This document shows, in pieces, positions 53,074 through 64,000 of a stretch of 64,000 nt of DNA. The stretch's first letter is position 1, and each line of letters opens with the position of its first letter. Source of the DNA: Flectonema sp. DT1601 (Eukaryota); the NCBI GenBank assembly GCA_964019425.1, contig OZ025803.1, positions 868,001-932,000 on the forward strand, in the 5' to 3' direction. The notes beneath the pieces were generated by a model, which saw only the letters and a list, made by a program, of their open reading frames with translations, had not been told where the DNA came from and did not search any database. The position numbers and the translations under genes are program-made.

Positions 53074-54891
53074 TCAACCACGACAATGGTCGCTATGTTT
53101 CTTTCTCATGTCACCAAAATCTGGTCGCAGTGCAGGAGGAGATCTGTTGAAAGGATTTGCTTCTGGAAGTCTCCTCAACTCACCACCAATTTCTTGAATA
53201 ATTGATCTACTGAACTGAAGAAGGCATCTGAGACAATGTAGAGGAGGTTGCTTTGATGGAAGATTCTTAGCCAGAGCTTCCAATGCCCATGACGGACATC
53301 GAGGAGTATCAGGACAGGTGGCATCATCACAGGACTCAGTTATATGAAATGCGATAAAAGCGAAACGGAAAACACGACTCATACGTAGCAAGCCAGCTAC
53401 TTCAGAAGCAAAATGATCAGATCTCAAGATTGCTAATAAATCTCTGTTAGGTTTTCCACATGTAACGTGAAAGCGTAAAGCATCCTCGATATCAGTCACA
53501 GTAACACTAGAGAGGTCATACACTCGAGACTGAAGAGATAACGGATTGACCTCTCGCTTAGCTCTCTTTACAGCTGCTGGATTCTCCCATTCTAATAATT
53601 CTTCTTTCTGATGAATTGACTTCTCAGTCATCAAGAAAGGGTCACTTGAATCCCTTTTACACTTATCTGTTCTACCGAGAGGTGCTGAAGGTGAATGTGG
53701 AGGTGGAGGTGGTGGTGGCATTGTCTCTTGTGCTGCTTTCTTTGATCCCTTCCAAAGACTCACTACTTTTTTATTCGTTTGGGTAGCTTCCTGAGCCTTA
53801 CGAGTCAATTGCTTTGCTACATAATTAATTCCGTGAAACTGATCACGTGTAGTAGTTGGTGGAGGCATCGAATCACATGTCACTTTTAAGTCATTTCCTG
53901 AACTGGTGGTTGCCAAAGGAACATCTGAGACTTCTACAGTGTTGGGTGTCGGAAGGACTTCGGTAGTTTGAAGCGGAGCGGGTTTCTCATCCACAAGTTG
54001 GACTTCATTGTGATCGTTGTTTTGTAAAGTTACTTGTTGGATATTAATGTTTTTATTTAAATTACTTTCAATTGGAGTGATCTCACTCGCAGTTTGATAA
54101 CCCGCAACTTGTGACGGCTCGGTCGTGACGACCAACGACTGACTCTCTAAGATATCAATCTGCTGAGGTACAGCTGTCACTGACTCTGCTACGGAAGCAG
54201 TGATTCCAACTGGTTGTGAGACTACCGTGTTATTATTATTACCACTAGTGATGTCATTATCTGATTGTTGATTCTCAATAACTGGAGGACTCGAGTCTTT
54301 AGTTACTTTCAGGATAGATGAATTAACAATAGATTGATGTTGTTCTCCATCAGCTATTTCTGGAGGTTTACTGACCACAGCTGGGCTATTGGCTGTCGGT
54401 GTGTTGGCTGTTGGTGTGTTTGCTCTCTGTGTGTTGGCTGTTGGTGTGTTTGCTTTCGGTGTGTTGACTGCAGTGGTAGTAACCGATTCAATAACTTCTT
54501 TACAATTAGATTCATCTACTTGTTGTAGTACTGTTGTATTAGTTGTGATGTCTTCAGTTATTCCTTCCGAACTATTATTAGGTAGATCCTCAACAGTAGT
54601 TGTAGCGGTTGTCGTTAAACAGTTATCAGAAGTTTTCTCAGAGTTTGTTACTTTCTGCTTTTCATTTGCCTCACCTAAATGATGATCACTTAGTGATGCA
54701 GGCACTTTCTCTATTTCCTGCTGTAGTTGGGCTTCCTTCACTCCAACAACCTCACCCGCCAGTCCGACTTCTTGACTGTCTTCAGGGATAGCAGAACTGA
54801 TATTTTCTTGACTCATGTCATTTATGAGATCTTGAAAGAATCGAGCATCCACTGACGGTGCGGGCAGAGCATCCGAGATAAGCTCCTTCAT
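53074..54891 (-). CDS. T/S/N-rich low-complexity protein with C-terminal globular region
   Basis: 605-aa ORF with NTPTA 15-bp repeats near 54385-54470. Confidence 0.7.
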   Translation of the reverse strand: MKELISDALPAPSVDARFFQDLINDMSQENISSAIPEDSQEVGLAGEVVGVKEAQLQQEIEKVPASLSDHHLGEANEKQKVTNSEKTSDNCLTTTATTTVEDLPNNSSEGITEDITTNTTVLQQVDESNCKEVIESVTTTAVNTPKANTPTANTQRANTPTANTPTANSPAVVSKPPEIADGEQHQSIVNSSILKVTKDSSPPVIENQQSDNDITSGNNNNTVVSQPVGITASVAESVTAVPQQIDILESQSLVVTTEPSQVAGYQTASEITPIESNLNKNINIQQVTLQNNDHNEVQLVDEKPAPLQTTEVLPTPNTVEVSDVPLATTSSGNDLKVTCDSMPPPTTTRDQFHGINYVAKQLTRKAQEATQTNKKVVSLWKGSKKAAQETMPPPPPPPHSPSAPLGRTDKCKRDSSDPFLMTEKSIHQKEELLEWENPAAVKRAKREVNPLSLQSRVYDLSSVTVTDIEDALRFHVTCGKPNRDLLAILRSDHFASEVAGLLRMSRVFRFAFIAFHITESCDDATCPDTPRCPSWALEALAKNLPSKQPPLHCLRCLLQFSRSIIQEIGGELRRLPEANPFNRSPPALRPDFGDMRKKHSDHCRG

Positions 54892-55036
54892 TGCTGTAGA
54901 CTGTGTGAGATGTAAGTATTGTGGTTTAAGAATATTATAAAGTATGTTACGAGCAGTCTATATTATCCTTTTGAACTGGATTCCTCTCCCTCGCACGCTA
55001 CTAAGAACTAACTCTTCTTGGATACATATGAAGTGT

Positions 55037-56765
<1,729 letters not shown>

Positions 56766-57268
56766 AATATGAGTCCGTCACCTCGTCACCTTCCTCGTCT
56801 TTATCGACACCCCGCCCCCCGCAAAACCCGCAAAAGGTTGTGGTTTACGAAAAGTATAAAGTACGCTACTAGCTATTAGATACTGAACAAGAGACCTTAA
56901 TTACAATGTTTGCGATCCCGCCCTTGAATTCCCTCCCCTACCTGTGTAGTAAAAGATAACAATACAAGACGCTAATTTTAATAACAGAACTTGTGTTCCA
57001 GAAGTGTAGACAGCAGAGTTTCTTTCTCATCTCGTGCTGGTTTCTTTTTTTTTTTTTTCTCTTTGCCAACAGGAGCCAGTGAAGTAAGTTTCACAATATC
57101 CTCCCGAGAGGTGAGTTATATTTTAATAAAGTACTCCTAACTTACCATTCAACTCTTCGATGACTTCTTTAGACTGAAAAAGTTATTTTCAATTTAGTTG
57201 TGTAGGCTGACTGTCACTTCCGTGTTGGCTCTCCATCTCACCCTCAGCCTCCCAATCTCTGGCCATCA

Positions 57269-57409
57269 TTAAGACTTCTGATACGTAACAGTGTATCCTG
57301 AGTTCTGAGCTGGTAGGTACAAGTTTCCTGGCAAGATGTTGTATGCCTGGTTTCCTGGAAGTGCGAAAGTGTATCCTGCTCCTCCCTGGGCTGGTCCTCC
57401 GACTGGCAT
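57269..57409 (-). CDS. Microprotein A copy 1 (46 aa)
   Basis: MPVGGPAQGGAGYTFALPGNQAYNILPGNLYLPAQNSGYTVTYQKS*; preceded by a pyrimidine tract and CACAG acceptor. Confidence 0.85.
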   Translation of the reverse strand: MPVGGPAQGGAGYTFALPGNQAYNILPGNLYLPAQNSGYTVTYQKS

Positions 57410-57818
57410 TGTTTTAGTGGTGTGTAGTGTAAGAATGTGTCTGTGGAAAAAAGAAATTTAGTATTTTCTAACCGGTCGACAGTTCTTACAAATTACAAAC
57501 CTCTTCTTCATTAGATTATTATACAAAAAGCTGTAAGGAAGTTAAAAAGAGCATATTTGTGTCTAAATATCAAGTTTATCATCACTAGTGTAATTACATT
57601 CCTTCTGCTACTTGTCTTTTTTTTTTTTTTTTTTTTTTTTGTATTTTCGTTTTTTTTTTTTTTCCCCTAAACTTTCTTGTATTCAATTAAGTAAAACTTT
57701 CCCTTTCTTGTATTCATCACCACCTCCTCCTGCGATTACTCTGACAGAAAACAGCAAGAGACTATTCGGAAGGAAGGTGCAAAGAAATGGAAAACTAACA
57801 CAAAGATCAGATACGTCT

Positions 57819-57965
57819 TTAAGAAGAGTTCGAGTAGATGATGGAGTATCCCTCAGCATTCCCAGGCAGCTGTAGGTTTCCAGGGTTGATCACTACTTTC
57901 TGGTTCGCTGGAAGAGTGAAGGCGTATCCTCCTGGACGTGGAGCGTTGATTCCCAATCCTGGCAT
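57819..57965 (-). CDS. Microprotein B copy 1 (48 aa)
   Basis: MPGLGINAPRPGGYAFTLPANQKVVINPGNLQLPGNAEGYSIIYSNSS*; TCAG acceptor about 30 nt upstream. Confidence 0.85.
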   Translation of the reverse strand: MPGLGINAPRPGGYAFTLPANQKVVINPGNLQLPGNAEGYSIIYSNSS

Positions 57966-58339
57966 CGTTGTGTTGTGTAAGAAGTGTGTAAAAACTGAAG
58001 GGTGATAAACGTAGTGCTGAAGTTTATTTACCTACTGATTCTCATATTTTGGTTTACTTTCTTTTTCTTTTCCTTAATTTCCCCTTTTGTGTGTCGAGGG
58101 TGTCATGCCTCTGGTTTTCTTTTTGTTAAGGTCTAATTAATGTTCTTTTTTGTCCTTGTGTCCATTCTTTCTTTTTTTTTTTTTCCCTCCACTAAAAAGA
58201 ATTTAAATTTTCTAATCCCGTCCTCTCTCCCTTTAAATAAAAGGGAGAAAAAAGTGTAATTACATGCAGCCTTCAACTACTTACGGAACAGAAAAATCTA
58301 AAGCTTGAGAGGATCCGCATTCCGATACGGGGAAACACC

Positions 58340-58480
58340 TTACGACTTCTGATACGTAACAGTGTATCCTGAGTTCTGAGCTGGTAGGTACAAGTTTCCT
58401 GGCAAGATGTTGTATGCCTGGTTTCCTGGAAGTGCGAAGGTGTATCCTGCTCCTCCCTGGGCTGGTCCTCCGACTGGCAT
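58340..58480 (-). CDS. Microprotein A copy 2 (46 aa)
   Basis: Same protein as A1; synonymous differences ACC/ACT and TCG/TCT; unrelated 3' flank. Confidence 0.85.
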   Translation of the reverse strand: MPVGGPAQGGAGYTFALPGNQAYNILPGNLYLPAQNSGYTVTYQKS

Positions 58481-58981
58481 TGTTTTAGTGGTGTGTAGTG
58501 TAAACTTTCTTTTGTAAGGAGAATTACTTTGACTTGTCTCATGTAGAATACAAAATAAAGAGAATCCCCCACCACCCCTATCACCACAATCATATTACAA
58601 TGTTTAACTACCTTAGAGAAATAGTTTTTTTAAAAAAAAAAAAAACGAACCGAAAAAACTCGACAATTCATAAATTTGTGTAATATATATTTATTAATTT
58701 CTTTTTTCGTCATCTTTTTTTTTTATATAATTGTTTTCTATTCGACAGACATAATAAATACGAATAATTCACAATTGCCTCTTCTTTACAGAGACCCGAG
58801 GCTGACAGTAGTGAAGGTTGTGAATATCAAAAGTATATTTTGGTTTGAGTCTTAGGTAAGAATCTCTTTTTCATTTCTTAGTAAACACAAAAGTAAATCA
58901 AATTAGATTGGTTTACTTTACTTTTAATTATTAGAAACGGTCAGTTGTTTAAAAAAGGAATTGACATCCTCAGATACGTCT

Positions 58982-59128
58982 TTAAGAAGAGTTCGAGTAG
59001 ATGATGGAGTATCCCTCAGCATTCCCAGGCAGCTGTAGGTTTCCAGGGTTGATCACTACTTTCTGGTTCGCTGGAAGAGTGAAGGCGTATCCTCCTGGAC
59101 GTGGAGCGTTGATTCCCAATCCTGGCAT
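58982..59128 (-). CDS. Microprotein B copy 2 (48 aa)
   Basis: Same as B1; pyrimidine tract plus CAG upstream. Confidence 0.85.
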   Translation of the reverse strand: MPGLGINAPRPGGYAFTLPANQKVVINPGNLQLPGNAEGYSIIYSNSS

Positions 59129-59614
59129 CGTTGTGTTGTGTAAGAAGTGTGTAAAAACTGAAGTGAGGGGGAAGGTAATTCTTAATCCACAAAAGAAGCA
59201 ATTACGAAAACAACTCAATTTTTAAAACACAACAAGGCAAAACACTCGTCACACGGAAAACCTGCGTGCAGACCGGAAACCAGTACAAAACAGCAGCAAA
59301 ACTTCTGGAGAAGTTGAGAAAAGGATTTTTTTTATTGTTTGTTCTTTTTTTTTGACCCCATCTGGCGAGCAATGGGACAAAAAAATAAAAACAAAAGGCA
59401 AACACGAAATATACCCGATATTAAATCTCAGGTACAGAGAGGGAAAGGTGCCACAAGAGTGAAATGGCCAAACGTCTTCTGTAATCTCAACCAAAGAGTG
59501 ACAGAAAGAGAGAGATATTTAGAAATAAAGAACTGTTGAACTAACAACTGATCTCAATAATATGTATAGAAGGAAATAGAACAAATGAAAACAGAAAAGA
59601 TGTGAAACTCACTC

Positions 59615-60964
<1,350 letters not shown>

Positions 60965-61301
60965 TCAATAGCTGGAGGACGGGAGGGAAAAGAAATTGAT
61001 TAGTAACTTCAACTAGCTGCTCTACAGTACGACTGCTAAGTTATTTTGGATTTTTCTTTTTTTTTTTAATTCTGTTTTTCACTAGGTGAATGTGTCTTGT
61101 GTGTTTTCTTTTAATAATTCTTTCTAATTACCTCCACAAAGGAAGGCTGGGGTGGGTAATTTACTTACAGGGAAGCTACAGTCTCATCATCGCAAATGAT
61201 GTTAAAGTTGAAAAATTATTTTCAATTTAGTTGTGTAGGCTGACTGTCACTTCTGTGTTGGCTCTCCATCTCACCCTCAGCCTCCCAATCTCTGGCCATC
61301 A

Positions 61302-61442
61302 TTAAGACTTCTGATACGTAACAGTGTATCCTGAGTTCTGAGCTGGTAGGTACAAGTTTCCTGGCAAGATGTTGTATGCCTGGTTTCCTGGAAGTGCGAA
61401 GGTGTATCCTGCTCCTCCCTGGGCTGGTCCTCCGACTGGCAT
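61302..61442 (-). CDS. Microprotein A copy 3 (46 aa)
   Basis: Same protein; shares about 90 nt of 3' flank with A1. Confidence 0.85.
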   Translation of the reverse strand: MPVGGPAQGGAGYTFALPGNQAYNILPGNLYLPAQNSGYTVTYQKS

Positions 61443-61733
61443 TGTTTTAGTGGTGTGTAGTGTAAATCTATTGATCAATATGATAAAAATTAATGAATTC
61501 ACTTGAAAACAATCTTAACTAGTAACACAAGTGTATATCAGGGTCATGTTTTGTTTGTCTTCTCAATTCAATTCTTGTTCTGACCCTTTATATCTTTTTT
61601 TCTTCTGTTCACAAACGTTATTTTTATGTTTGTACGTGTATTTTTTTTTATTATTTTTTTATTTCTTTTTTTGATGTCTTTGCCAGAGATATAAAGTAAC
61701 AACAACAAGTCACTCATCTACTTAACTAACATC

Positions 61734-61880
61734 CTACGAAGAGTTCGAGTAGATGATGGAGTATCCCTCAGCATTCCCAGGCAGCTGTAGGTTTCCAGGG
61801 TTGATCACTACTTTCTGGTTCGCTGGAAGAGTGAAGGCGTATCCTCCTGGACGTGGAGCGTTGATTCCCAATCCTGGCAT
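61734..61880 (-). CDS. Microprotein B copy 3 (48 aa)
   Basis: Same protein; ends TCG TAG vs TCT TAA in B1/B2; shares about 110 nt upstream with B2. Confidence 0.85.
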   Translation of the reverse strand: MPGLGINAPRPGGYAFTLPANQKVVINPGNLQLPGNAEGYSIIYSNSS

Positions 61881-61989
61881 CGTTGTGTTGTGTAAGAAGT
61901 GTGTAAAAACTGAGGTGAGGGGGGAAGGTAATTCTTAATCCACAAAAGAAGCAATTACGAAAATAACTCAATTTTTAAAACACAACAAG

Positions 61990-64000
<2,011 letters not shown>

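Overview
Eukaryotic protist DNA, most consistent with a non-kinetoplastid euglenozoan such as a diplonemid (inference). About 30 protein genes all lie on the minus strand, interrupted by short GT-AG introns whose acceptors are A/C-rich (…AACAG). The only intact plus-strand gene is a tRNA-Phe. Recognisable genes: QCR7-like, metacaspase, CBP80/NCBP1, alkaline ceramidase, two WD40 proteins, a PH protein, a DOMON-like/Na+/H+ exchanger/CNBD protein, UBL-ankyrin, dynein light intermediate chain, RWD-DUF167, Pex3-like, and four cathepsin-L-like (C1A) genes (two near-identical, one with a cruzipain-type C-terminal extension, one pseudogene disrupted by a LINE). The most striking signal is at 57.2-61.9 kb: six genes for two paralogous 46/48-aa Gly/Pro/Asn/Tyr-rich microproteins (A and B). 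They alternate strictly as B-A pairs between the cysteine protease genes, differ only by synonymous changes, and several lose identity right at the stop codon. The ORF track misses or mis-starts them. Two enlarged introns appear to hold decayed antisense non-LTR retroelement fragments. All gene models were read by eye and are not database-verified.
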